Below, piece by piece: positions 52,126-64,000 of a stretch of 64,000 nt of DNA (position 1 is its first letter; the number at the start of each line of letters is the position of its first letter). The translations under genes were made by a program, and so were the position numbers. The notes beneath the pieces were generated by a model. It searched no databases and had not been told where the DNA came from. It was given only the letters and a program-made list of their open reading frames with translations. This DNA is from Octopus sinensis (taxonomy: Eukaryota), in NCBI RefSeq assembly GCF_006345805.1, contig NC_042999.1:96720001-96784000 (forward strand), in the 5' to 3' direction.

Positions 52126-54076
52126 ACTTTCATATACACTCATCAACAGATTAGATTGTTGGAAAAGAAAATATCCTAACATCGGGCTACGACAGGTAAC
52201 TTTAGATGTCAAGAACCCTCCTATCGGGCTACAACAAGTAAGCTTAGATGTCAAAACCCTCTTAAGTATCCTAGCTGTCACTAATAACACTGTTTTCTGG
52301 AACTGTACTAAACTGGGTTTTATGCCTATTTCCTCTATCTTTAGGGATACTTCCGAATGCACCTATAACTACTGGGGTACATTTTACCCGCACTTTCCAT
52401 AGTCTCCGTAATTCAATAGCTAGTCTTGGTACTTTGCTGTATTTTCTATACTTTTATTAATATTTTCATTATTTGGGGCTATAAAGTCAATTATTTGGCA
52501 CTTTATATTCTCTTTATCTACTACTGCTAAATAAGGCCTTCTAGCTTCTATTACTCTGTCAGTTTGAATGTCAAAGTCCCACAACATCTTATATTTCTTA
52601 ATTTCTAGTATTTAGCTAGGTTCATGTTCATACAATATATCTGTATTTTCAAATCCTATCATTCTACATAGCTCCCAGTGGACTACTCTCCCTAGACTGT
52701 TATGTCTTTTCTTGTATTCTTTCTGTGCCAGCATGCTACATTCATTTACTATATGAGTAACACTTTCTTCTTTTGATTTGCATGATCTACATTGGGAATC
52801 TGTTTGGTTTTTGTCTATCTTAGCTTTTATTCAATTAGTCCTTGATGCTTGATTCTGTGCAGCTACTATCGAATTTTTTGTCTCCCTCTTCAGCGTCCCT
52901 CTCTGCAACCATAACCATGTCTCTACTATTTACTGCAACTATCTTCAGGAATCTACCATGCAACGCCTTCTCCTGCCAGACAGATAATTTTTCTGTTCTT
53001 TTCTCTGGTTTTTAACTTCGTTTGGGCTTTTGGTTTCCCTATGTCTTGTGAATCTAGCAGCTTTTAATATACTTACTTCACTATTACCTACCTAGGAGTC
53101 TATATCTACTCTAGCGTAGTAGACTCCACGTAGTCTTCTACTGATATTGACCCCCTACCGCCCCCCTTTCTCTTTTTCTTACTTCTTTACTCATTACTTT
53201 CTGAAGCTCATCTAAAATCTTCTGATCTTCCTCACTTAAATCACTTAAGTCGCTGGTGCCAGTTGTTCTTTCCTCATTGGTAGCGCTATTATTATTTTTT
53301 CCTTTAGATTCTTCTTTGGTTTCAGCTATGTCTCTTATGTTGTTTGTCTTTCCTACTGCCTGGTCTATCTTTTTCAGTTCTCTTCTACCTTCAATTCTGT
53401 CATCCACTTTCTTCTCCTAATAGCATTAACTTGATCAACTAATCTCTTCTCAGTCACTTTAAACACACCCTACTCTACCCAAAGTGTTAATATCCGTTTC
53501 CTATGGCCCCTTCTTATAGGTTCACTTCCTAAGAAACACTGCATCACTATCCTGTTTTCTTCGCTGGTCCACTTCCTCCTCCTTACTCTATTATCTGCTG
53601 ATGCTGTATTAGGATAACAGCTGTGATAAGACTGAATATTTACTGGACGAATGCCTAACGATAGGCCTTCCCTTAATGGTCAAGCTTTATTTTCGCTGTT
53701 ACAACCAGTTTTCTTCGGAAACATCTGTCTCTCATAATCTGAGGTAAGGTAAAGTTCGTCACCATCGTCTTCACCACAATTATTTTTCGACATCTGAAAG
53801 TGTCAAGCAACTTTCTATTGCATCGTTTGTTGCACCTTTGTGCTGGTGGGGTGGTGCGTACTGCACTGTTTTTTTTTTGGGGGGGGGACTATTGTATTGT
53901 ATCAGTAAGTTTTGTTATGGGGTTTGGTTTGAGTCTTCTGTTGTACTAGTTTTTGCATTGTTTGTTGTTTGTGCGGCGCAGGTTCTGTCGAGTGTCGACC
54001 TTCTGTGGCACATGTAGGCTTTGTTCATTCTGTTGGGTATTTACAGTATGAGTTTACCTAGTACTGCATCAGGGTA
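52126..54076 (-). mobile_element. R4/Dong element with the RT core deleted
   Basis: N-terminal RRRKWTSEENRIVMQC, joined at ~53172 directly to RERGG.G.ISVEDYVE; RLE and TARILKRVLTS*. Confidence 0.78.
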
Positions 54077-54095
54077 TTTATTATTATTATAATTA

Positions 54096-54157
<62 letters not shown>

Positions 54158-55430
54158 GAAAACTGTCAGCTTATTTTGCTGGGAATGATGGAAAGTGTCA
54201 GCTTCCCACAGCCAGTAGACTACGGTGTCACTTGTTTATTGGTCATGCTTCACGAACTCTGCGAAGAATTCTTGCAGTTCCAAGAAATTATGATTTTTTA
54301 GGTGTTCTACCGTCAGACTTACACGAATCTTTTGCAGCCATGTTGGTAGTTGAGTGCTGACACTTCCAAGTGCACCAGTTACTATTGATATCACGTCTAC
54401 TCTCTTCATTGACCACAACCTTCGTATTTCCCACTTTAAATCGTCACAGCTGTTTTATTTTTTTCTTTCACATTGATCCTGTTGTCACCGGGGCATGCTA
54501 TGTCGATTCTCATACATGTTTTTCTTTTCTCTTTTATTCGCCACAACAATGTCCGCTTTCCTATGTCTGGTCAGGAGATCGCAAAAAATCATTTTGCAAT
54601 TCTCATTTTCGGTAACTCCTTCTGAGGACTGTTCATAATACCACATCTTTGTAGGCCGTGATTTCCACAGAGCTCCCAATGGATCATTCGTGCCACATTG
54701 TCATGGCGTTGTTTCTGCACTTCATCTAATTGGTCCTTAGCGCTTATTCCTGAGCTGCATATATGTGTGCTTCTGTCTCAATCTCCAGGTCACACCTCCT
54801 CGACCACAGCCATCGGTCCTCTGTATCTGTCTTGGCGTTTACATCTCTTGCAAACTGACTGCACATTTTTTCCTTCCATGCTTTTTTTTTGTTTCTTTAT
54901 TTCTTGTTTAAATTTTTCTTTAGTTACAGAATTTACAGCTTTGATGACGCCGGCTTTCTTCGTGTGTTTCAACAGTGACTCCATGGCATATTTATATACC
55001 ACCCTAGCCTATTTTCCTCTGCCTCGATACAGTCCTGGCAACTAATCAAACCTCTCCCATCCTTTCTTCTAGACAAGTACAGCCTATCGGTGTCACTCTT
55101 AGGGTGGAAGGTATTTTTCTGGTCTTGGCATCCATTTTCTCCATTTCTCGCTTTTGTCATTTTATAATTCCCGCTCCATACCAAAGTGTTGGTATCACCC
55201 ACGTATTAAGTGCTTGGATTTTATTCCATCCAGTCAATTTTGAGTGCAACATCAACCTCAGTCTTCGGAAATACTCCATCCTCCGTTGCTATTTCATTTC
55301 GTTTTCCATTATCTGTTGCACGCTAGTACACCAAGTTATTTGTATCCTTCTATTTCAATTTGCTTAATCAAGTCTCTATTCGGTAATTTTATCCATACTA
55401 TGGACTGTACCTTGCCTCCTTTTGGGTAGA
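54158..55430 (-). mobile_element. 5'-truncated, decayed R4/Dong element
   Basis: PKSDTDRLYLSRRKDGRGLISCQDC, RHRKADIVV, VDVISIVTGALG; (AAT)n tail at 54080-54157. Confidence 0.82.
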
Positions 55431-55439
55431 TTACTCCGC

Positions 55440-56253
55440 ACTTCTTGAGTCTAAATTCCATTCTAATATCAGTAATAAGACAGTGAATCCGAATTTTACT
55501 AAATCTTGTACGATTCTATTTCTATCAACCGCTTCACGCTTATTCGTTCATTCCACTCGTCGTTCTTTCGTTCCCCCTCTCTCACATTTCTTTGCCTTCT
55601 CTTCTTACTCACTTTCCCTCCACTTTTCCCTTTACTATATCCCTGTAATGTTTTTACGCCCCTCCTTAATTCTTCTGTCCCTCTGCTTCTACAACTCTCT
55701 CTCTTCTCTTTCCCCTCAATTCTTTTGTTCCTCTGCTTCTAGTTTTCTCTCTTCTCTTCCCACGTGACCGATAGGCCAGACTGCTCGCTGTCGTTTTGGG
55801 TCTGACCGTGGTCCGTGCAACATCGATATTCTTCCCAGTGTTTGTGAAAATTTTGTATCTCTGCCGTAAGGCTTCATTTCCACACACACTAGCTGAATTC
55901 AATTCGTCCCCAGTCGAAAGACATCCCGTTGTTATGTCCTGTTATTATTATTTTTATTTTTATTGTATTTATATTTGTGTAACACTGCCAGTTTATCCGT
56001 CTTGCTTTTGTATACATTCGATGCTTTCTTCCAAGGAATCTAATGCTCTTAGATTAGTTTTTCCTTGGAGCTGGCCAGATTGGAGCAATCTCAAGACTAA
56101 CCAGCCGAAATTGCGAGGATGATCTGGTTCTTGACTGAGGATAGAAAGCTTCGAATGATCCTTGTTTTTTGTATCGTGTATCTTAATGTTTTGTTGTCCC
56201 TTTTTGTATCATCTATTTGCCTGTTTTTTTTTGCGTTCTTGTCCCATTTTGTA

Positions 56254-56260
<7 letters not shown>
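55440..56260 (+). repeat. PLE pLTR-like fragment related to 27700-28600
   Basis: Shares CACGTGACCG..GGCCAG, a C/T-rich tract, and the CCGAAA..AGGA..TCTGG..TTGACTGA..GAATGA module. Confidence 0.45.
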
Positions 56261-56309
<49 letters not shown>

Positions 56310-56395
56310 GGGGGAAATTCACAAAAAAAGGACCAAGACAGGTGGTGTAGACAACAAACAGATGTATTAGTATAACTTTCGGGAAGTGAAAAATT

Positions 56396-56431
56396 CTTTA
56401 ACGTTTCGAGCCTATGCTCTTCCACAGAAAG
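56396..56431 (-). ncRNA. Minimal hammerhead-like ribozyme, CUGUGGA (A6U) core
   Basis: CTTT-CTGTGGA-A-GAGC atag GCTC-GAA-ACGT-T-AAAG. Confidence 0.6.
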
Positions 56432-56632
56432 GAACACAGAAAGAAACAAGGAGAGAAAATAAAGAATGTGTAGTGGCTAGCGATCTATCATACATACATA
56501 CTTACATATATACATACATACACACATACATACATACATATATATTACATTAATACACCGAATATCTATATGCATACAACATATATATGTAAATGTTCGC
56601 GTGTGGGTGTCTGTGCGTGCGAGTGTACATGC

Positions 56633-56668
<36 letters not shown>

Positions 56669-57449
56669 TCTATAACAAACGAAACAGTTCATTATGGTAA
56701 TGTTATCACCACCTTGTCATTGTACCGACTTTCCCATGTATAATCTCCGGTCAATATCCGTATTAGAGATCCTATTATGAAAATATTAATAGTGGTGACG
56801 AAATTTAAGTCAGTGAAGGTGGTGAAACGTCTACGATGATAAAGCTAATGAATTTTAACATACATTGCCAGTTGCGTGTCATATATTATAAATTATGTAC
56901 CACTGTATGCATGCACACTCATACGCACACATACACACGCACATACGCACACACACATACAAAGAAATTTATAAATACATATGTATGAGTACATATATAT
57001 ATGTATATGCATCTACTTATAAATACATATGTATACATATAGATATATACATATACAGATACATATACATACATGTATAATACACGTATATATGTATAAA
57101 TAAATGCACCACCCCCGACACACACACATATACATACAGTAATACATACACATACATGCATTCTTACATATATATATATGTCCATGCATACATATACACA
57201 TGTATACATATTTATACACGTACATATTATACATACACACATCCATACATACATACATATATACATACATACATATATGCATACACACATACATATATAC
57301 ATACACACATCTATACATACATACATACATACATACATACATACATACATACATACATACATACATACATACATGCATGCATGCATGCATGCATACATAC
57401 ATACATACATACATACATACATACATACATACATAATAATAATAATAAT

Positions 57450-57738
57450 GTTCGTCCTTCGGTTCGAAGATGACCAACTGACATCATCTGATGGAACTGC
57501 CGCCATGAGACCGGAGGTGGCTGGTGAGGCCAATCCGGGCAAGGAGGCCCCTCCCACAGGTGGGGCAGAAGTGGGTAGGGGCAGTGCTACTGGTGCAGGC
57601 GGCTCTGACTTTACGCATCTGACGTTTCTGCTCCGCTGACCGAATCCGTCCCTCCTCGGCTGTCCCTGCTCCCACGGTGATTGCGCTGCGCCAGGATGAG
57701 CGGTTGGCAGCAAGCGTCTTCCAGGTCTCTGTTCCGAT
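57450..57738 (-). mobile_element. RTE-clade LINE 3' fragment
   Basis: WKTLAANRSSWRSAI..CPTCGRGLLARIGLTSHLRSH, 3' CTTCG-AAC-CGAAG hairpin and (ATT)n tail, inside (CATA)n. Confidence 0.9.
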
Positions 57739-57933
57739 ACATACATACATACATATCGAAAGACATCAGGAATGCATTTCAGAGCAATAGTCTATTACAG
57801 TCTTACATAAAATGTGTTTAGGGTGATAAAAATTAATGTAATAATGAATTTTAAAGATTTAAATGCAGTTGATACTTGTGCCTTTAATTGTCTTCCTTAC
57901 TCATTTACTCAACGTATGATATGTATGCGTGCA

Positions 57934-58023
<90 letters not shown>

Positions 58024-59404
58024 CTAATACAAAACATCATATACACAGTATATACGTATATATGTATATGTATGTCTGCACGCGCGCATGTGTGTATGGT
58101 GTGTGTGTGTACGCATATATATAGATAAATGAGAATCGGGAACTATGGGAAGAAGTAAAGGAACCCGATGATGATGATGACGCTCTCCGTTATGTATATC
58201 AGATATGGGTAACATGCGACACATAGGCCGTAGACGGTCCACATGATGTAACGTCATGATTAAATATTCACTTGATATAAGGGATTGAGGTCAAACGAAG
58301 CACATCAGAGGGATATTTGAAGGTGGGGGGGGACAAGAATGTGTATGAGTGTGCCTGTGTGATGAGTGACAAGATGCTATAAAATATGGAGAAAAGGTGG
58401 TGAAGAAAGTGAAATGAATTATGCACAAAGTTTAAGAGTGTGCGTGTGTATGTACGTGTGTGTGTGCGTGTGTGTGTACGTGTGTGTGTGTGAGTGTGTG
58501 TGTGCGTGCGTGCGTATATGTGTGTTTGTGTGTATGTGTGAAGTTTGTATGCGATTTCATTTGTGTTTATGAATTAAGCAGGGTATAATGCTAGCAGATG
58601 ACGTCCTGGAAACGTTTTAGTGTAAAGTTGTATGTGGGCGTTGGTTAGTTGATGGATAGTTTACTATGTGCAAGGAGAGTGTATGGGTAGGGTAAACCAG
58701 TGGTGTGGTACGTGCATGTCTATGGATGCAATACGTTTCTTTATGTAGAAAAGATGTTGTGAACATAGTGTGAGTGTGGGTGAATTTAGAAGAAAGCAAA
58801 TCGGTTGTTAAAATCTGCAATGTGAGATTATCTCAATAGAATATCTGTATCGTTCACAGCGAAGCTAGGAAACATCTACTATGGCGTTGTATAAAACTAA
58901 AAGCAACAGCTGAGAGAGGCTTCGAGAGCTGAAACGTTTGACCTTTGATGACTGCTCCGGTATGGTGGCCAACAATCGTTTCCGAAATCGTTCAGCCACA
59001 CAGTGACCATTTTCTCTCGTATTTTCTCAAGCCACAGAATTGGTATTTAATCCAGTAAATGATATTTTTCGTGGGCTGATAAGGTGATATGTGATATGGG
59101 GAGATCACAAAGTGCGTGTAAGCGGTGGTGCTGCAGTGGGCACTGTAACAGGTTTTGCAAAGTGAATAGAGCAGCGAACACAATGTGGATCCAACACTGT
59201 GTTGGAGAATGAATAAGAAATATGGACCAGACGGTCACCCAAATTTGAGGTCACAGTTGAGAGACGAGATAGGGTGTTCAGAGAAGCTTGTGGCGTTAGT
59301 TTAGAGGAGACAGAACTACTATAGAATGGTGCGTAGGATGTGAGTCGGTGTGCGAGAGAAGGTGGGGGGAAGGAAACGCGGTTAATGGTAGGACTTGTTT
59401 ATTA

Positions 59405-59600
59405 TATTGGTTTCAAATGGTTACAAGGTCAGCAACTTCGAAATAGAGGTTAAGTCGATTATATCGACCCTAGTGCTTCACTGGTACTTATTCTATTGAC
59501 CCCGAAAGGATGAAAGGCAAAGTCGACCTCGGCGAAATGTGAACTAAGAACGTAAAGATAAACGAAATGCTGTTAAGCATTTTGTCCAGCGTGCCTAGCA
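59405..59600 (-). mobile_element. SINE family A
   Basis: Consensus match. Confidence 0.85.
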
Positions 59601-59728
59601 CATGGCACCGGCGAAAACACTAACGCTAGAGTTGCAAGTCATAGTCCCTTGATTTTTGTATTGTTTGGTGTTAACGATGGTGGTGATGGCAGCGGCGGAG
59701 ATGAAATTTGCAGGTGTGTTGGAGCGAC

Positions 59729-60312
59729 AATATTTTTCGATTTTAAGGCAGCGAGCTGTTTTTCGACTTTGCTTTTCATCCTTTCGGGGTCGATAAATTA
59801 AGTACCAGTTGCGCACTCGGGTCAGTGCAATCCATTGCCCCACCTCCTTTCGGGCCTTGTGCCTAGAGTAGAAAGGAATATTTTTCGATTTTAAAGCAGC
59901 TGGCAGAAACGTTAGCACGCCGGGCAAAATGCTTAGCGGTATTTCGTCCGCCGCTACGTTCTGGGTTCAAATTCCGCCGAGGTCGACTTTTGCCTTTCAT
60001 CCTTTCGGGGTCGATTAAATAAGTACCAGTTACGCACTGGGGTCGATATAATCGACTTAATCCGTTTGTCTGTCCTTGTTTGTCCTCTCTGTGTTTAGCC
60101 CCTTGTGGGTAGTAAAGAAATAGGTATTTCGTCTGTCTTTACGTTCCGAGTTCAACTTCCGCCGAGGTCGATTTTGCCTTTCATCCTTTCGGGGTCGATA
60201 AATTACGTACTGGGGTCGATAAGTTACGTACTGGGGTCGATCTAATCGACTGGCCTCGCCTCCAAAATTTCGGGCCTTATGCCTAGATTAGAAAAAAATA
60301 TTTTTCGATTTT
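59729..60312 (+). mobile_element. Cluster of three SINE family A units
   Basis: Units at ~59745-59876, 59893-60120 and 60121-60296. Confidence 0.85.
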
Positions 60313-60817
60313 TCTTCTTTTTTCATTCTATTTTGGTTGTTCTTGTTTTTGTTTCTATTGTTGTTGATTTTTTTGTTTTCTTTTATCAAATTCTTTCTTG
60401 CTGTTAAGGCCTCGGTCGGATTTGGTTGCAGTGGTGATGATTTGTTTTAAGAGATACAAGATTCAGTCAAAACTGTACTTCTAATCACTAATCCCATTCC
60501 TGTGCGTCGAACAAACTGCTTAGATGTATTTTTCCGGCTCTTTACATTACAAGCTTAAATTCTACCAAGGTCACCTTTGCCTTTCCTCCTATTGGGTTCG
60601 ATAAAATAAGCATGAATCAAGTGCTATGAATGATGTAATCAAATTATCCCTCCCCTTAAATCTGCTGGCTGTCTGCCAAAATTTGAATCAGTTATAAAGA
60701 GGTGGTAGAACAAAACGAGTAATTTCTGATTCTTTGTTATTTTATTCTGTGATTGTAAGGCACTATTAGAACAAAAAAATATTGCATCATCATTTTGTAT
60801 TGTTATATCATTTTGAG

Positions 60818-61025
60818 GTGGGTCCACATGACCTAGTGGTTAGAGCAACGGATTCGCGGTCGAGGGATCGCGGGTTCGAATCTCAGACCGGGCGATGTGT
60901 GTGTTTATGAGCGAAATACCTAAGCTCCACGCGGCTCCGGCATAAGTTAATGGCGAACTTCTGCTGACTCTTTCACCACAACTTTCTCTCACTCTCTCCT
61001 CCTGCATCTTGCAGCTCACCTTATG
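60818..61025 (+). mobile_element. tRNA-derived SINE (family C)
   Basis: A-box TGACCTAGTGGT (60829-40) and B-box GGTTCGAATCT (60873-83); no acceptor stem, so not a tRNA gene. Confidence 0.75.
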
Positions 61026-62401
61026 AGCCAGGAATGGCTTTAGAAGGAACACACATATCATTTTGAGAGTAAAACTTGTCAATATAGTTGTTATTGTTGA
61101 AATTGAGAGAGTTTGAAACATAACCAGGTGACAGGTATTTTTTTCTAGAAATTTTACCTCAACCGGATTGTAATTGAGGTTGCTAATAAAATATCTAGAT
61201 AATTTTTGGTGGCTAACAATCAATATATTTTCTTTGTTGTTTCCAAGTCAATTTTTTTCCACACTAGTATATAATTTGATCATTTTCAATTTTGAAAAAA
61301 ATATGTCTAATTTTAATAATTTCTTCTCTTTAATTGAACGGTGTGTAAATATATCAGGAATAGAGCACATTGTGAAAAAGCTATGGAGAATATTTTATTC
61401 TGACTCTTCAGATTTATTCGACTTTTATCAAATGTGCCATTTCTCCATGATCCTCTTTCAGTTCACCAACAAATTCTTAATTTTTGTAACATTTCTGATC
61501 TTTCTAATGTCTAAGGATGAATATTTATGTGCATGAGTCATTTCTAAGTGCGATTCTGGAGAACTGAGGAGGTGAATTTACCTTATTTTGTCTTAAACAT
61601 TTTGCCCCAGCTAAATTTATTTTTTAATACTCAATGAGAACGGCGATAATTTTCTGAAATAGTGTTCTGAATACGTTATAGTGTTTCTTATGCATTTAGA
61701 GAATGGCATTTACTAAGCTGGTATAGTTTTTGTAGTGAACATTTATAAAAATGAAAAACTTTTCTCAAAGTCAAAGATGCAGTAAATATTACTCATTGTG
61801 CTCCACCGACCCTTTACTGTTAAGGTGGCAAGCCAACAAAATTATTAGTGACATTTCTTCTGGTTCTTTCTGTTCTGAGTTCCAATTCTGCCGAAGTTGT
61901 CATCGGGGTTGAGCACTAAAATTTGTTGGCCATGCACTAAAATTTGAAACTAATATCATAATCGTCGTCGTCATCTTCATCGTCGACGTCCCCATCATAT
62001 TTCTTCATGTATTTGGACATTTGTTGAGAGCCACAGAAACTATCACATAGATCCGAAGATACCCAAATACTATATTTTTCCCAACGGGTATAAAAAAACA
62101 GACTGTAGTAATATTTCGATATGTCAATAATATTGTGATTACATATATTATTAGTAGTGTGTGCGTATGCGTGTGTATTTGTGCGTGTGTGCGTGCGTGT
62201 GTACTTGTATATGTGACTATATATACATATATATATGTATGTAAGTATGTATGTGTGCATGTATTTATGTATACATGTATGTATGTATCCATTAATACAT
62301 ATATACAAATATAACTAATGTAGGATAAAATTTTTTTTCGAGAAAAACATTTTATCAATGGCCAGCATATCAAAAACTACTTTTAAAGGTTAAATTTATA
62401 A

Positions 62402-62941
62402 ATAATTTACAAGATAAGGGCAAAAGAAAACTTCTAATGCCAAAAATGCCGAAAAAAAGACAAAATTGTTAATAACCATTATAATTTATGCGTCTCGAAA
62501 CAAACCGATAGAAATTTCTAAAGAATCCGTTATTACCGTATTGGTCCCAATTTCGGGGTTAATTCATAAGAATTTTCCCCTCTTCAGCGATAAATACGTG
62601 AGATATAAGTGAAATACTTACTCACACCCATGGAAAAAGCAAGCACTAAGTCCTGAGCAGACCTAAGTACCCCAAATATATCCAAAATAGAAAATCTTCG
62701 GCACATCTCGAGACACTTGTGATTCGAACTAGAAACTTTCACAGAGTGAGAGAATCCGGAGAGAGGAAAATTCTTATGAATTAACCCCGAAATTGGGACC
62801 AATACGGTAATAACGGATTTTTTAGAAATTTCTATCGGTTTGTTTCGAGACGCATAAATTATAATGGTTATTGACAATTTTGTCTTTTTTTCGGCATATT
62901 TGACATTAGAATTTTTCTTTTGCCCTTATCTTGTAAATTAT
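62402..62941. repeat. Inverted repeat with ~180-bp arms
   Basis: 62402-62583 is the reverse complement of 62760-62941 with few mismatches; a third partial copy lies at ~63066-63100. Confidence 0.9.
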
Positions 62942-63157
62942 ATATACAAATATATATATATATTCGAACACACACACAAGGTACAGGAAACTAATATATA
63001 CACCATTCAGCTTAGATAATGGAACTGCAGATATAGTATTCTTACGTATCTCACGTCTGTTTTTATATGTCAAATATGCCAAAAAAAAAGACAAAATTGT
63101 CACTCAGTATTTCATACCTCCTCTATTATAACTATTATTTAAACATTTTTTCGCACC

Positions 63158-63205
63158 GTCTCTGATGAAGGGATTTATAAAATATCCTGGAAACAGCTCT
63201 AAGAC
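63158..63205 (+). ncRNA. Hammerhead ribozyme, canonical core, stem III mutated
   Basis: GTCT-CTGATGA-A-GGGAT..ATCCT-G-GAA-ACAGCTCT-A-AGAC. Confidence 0.65.
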
Positions 63206-63274
63206 CTTCTTCCCTTTATAAATGTTCTGAAAACTTTCACAGCTTTGAATTTTTATCGCATTCTGTTAATTTAT

Positions 63275-63344
<70 letters not shown>

Positions 63345-63403
63345 CTGGACCACTGAAATCTGCTAGTTTTTTTCATTCTCTCTCTGTTTATTATCTATTA
63401 TTC

Positions 63404-63439
63404 CTTTCTGTTGAAGAGCGTAAGCTCGAAACGTAAAAG
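63404..63439 (+). ncRNA. Minimal hammerhead-like ribozyme, CUGUUGA (A6U) core
   Basis: CTTT-CTGTTGA-A-GAGC gtaa GCTC-GAA-ACGT-A-AAAG. Confidence 0.6.
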
Positions 63440-63607
63440 TCTTTATCATTTTTCCCGAGAGTTAGATTAATAGACTTACTTGTTGTTGATATACCTGTCT
63501 TCGTCTTTTGTTTTTTCTAAAAATTTTAGCTATATATACATATATATTTTTTTTTTTTATTTTATCTAGTTTCAGCTCACGAGCTGTGGCCATGCTGGGG
63601 CACAGCC

Positions 63608-64000
<393 letters not shown>

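Noticed and set aside
56805-56838. GAAACGTC motif suggesting a hammerhead
   Set aside because: No consistent core, stem I or stem II upstream.
58905-58945. Hammerhead-like CTGAGAGA-GGC..GCT-GAAACGTT
   Set aside because: The core has an extra base and there is no stem I complement.
60821-60895. Possible tRNA gene
   Set aside because: A/B boxes are present but there is no acceptor stem or complete cloverleaf; it is a SINE head.

Overview
AT-rich, microsatellite-dense eukaryotic DNA. An octopus or other cephalopod origin is inferred from the SINE families and repeat texture, not proven. No convincing host protein-coding gene is present, and most listed ORFs are microsatellite artefacts. The window is a transposon mosaic. 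It holds two large Penelope-like elements (RT + C-terminal GIY-YIG) with inverted pseudo-LTRs inserted in (TA)n. It also holds a ~12 kb array of co-oriented R4/Dong-type RLE retrotransposons and their non-autonomous derivatives in (AAT)n. The rest are CR1/L2-, Tx1-, RTE- and HERO-type LINE fragments, Helitron, Tc1/mariner, hAT and Chapaev-like remnants, and many tRNA-derived SINEs. The most notable signal is a set of 10 hammerhead-ribozyme folds from about 6 repeat families. All have a self-complementary stem III, and they span five core types: canonical CUGAUGA, U3-A8, G3-C8, U4C and A6U. Folds were assigned by eye and element boundaries are approximate unless stated.
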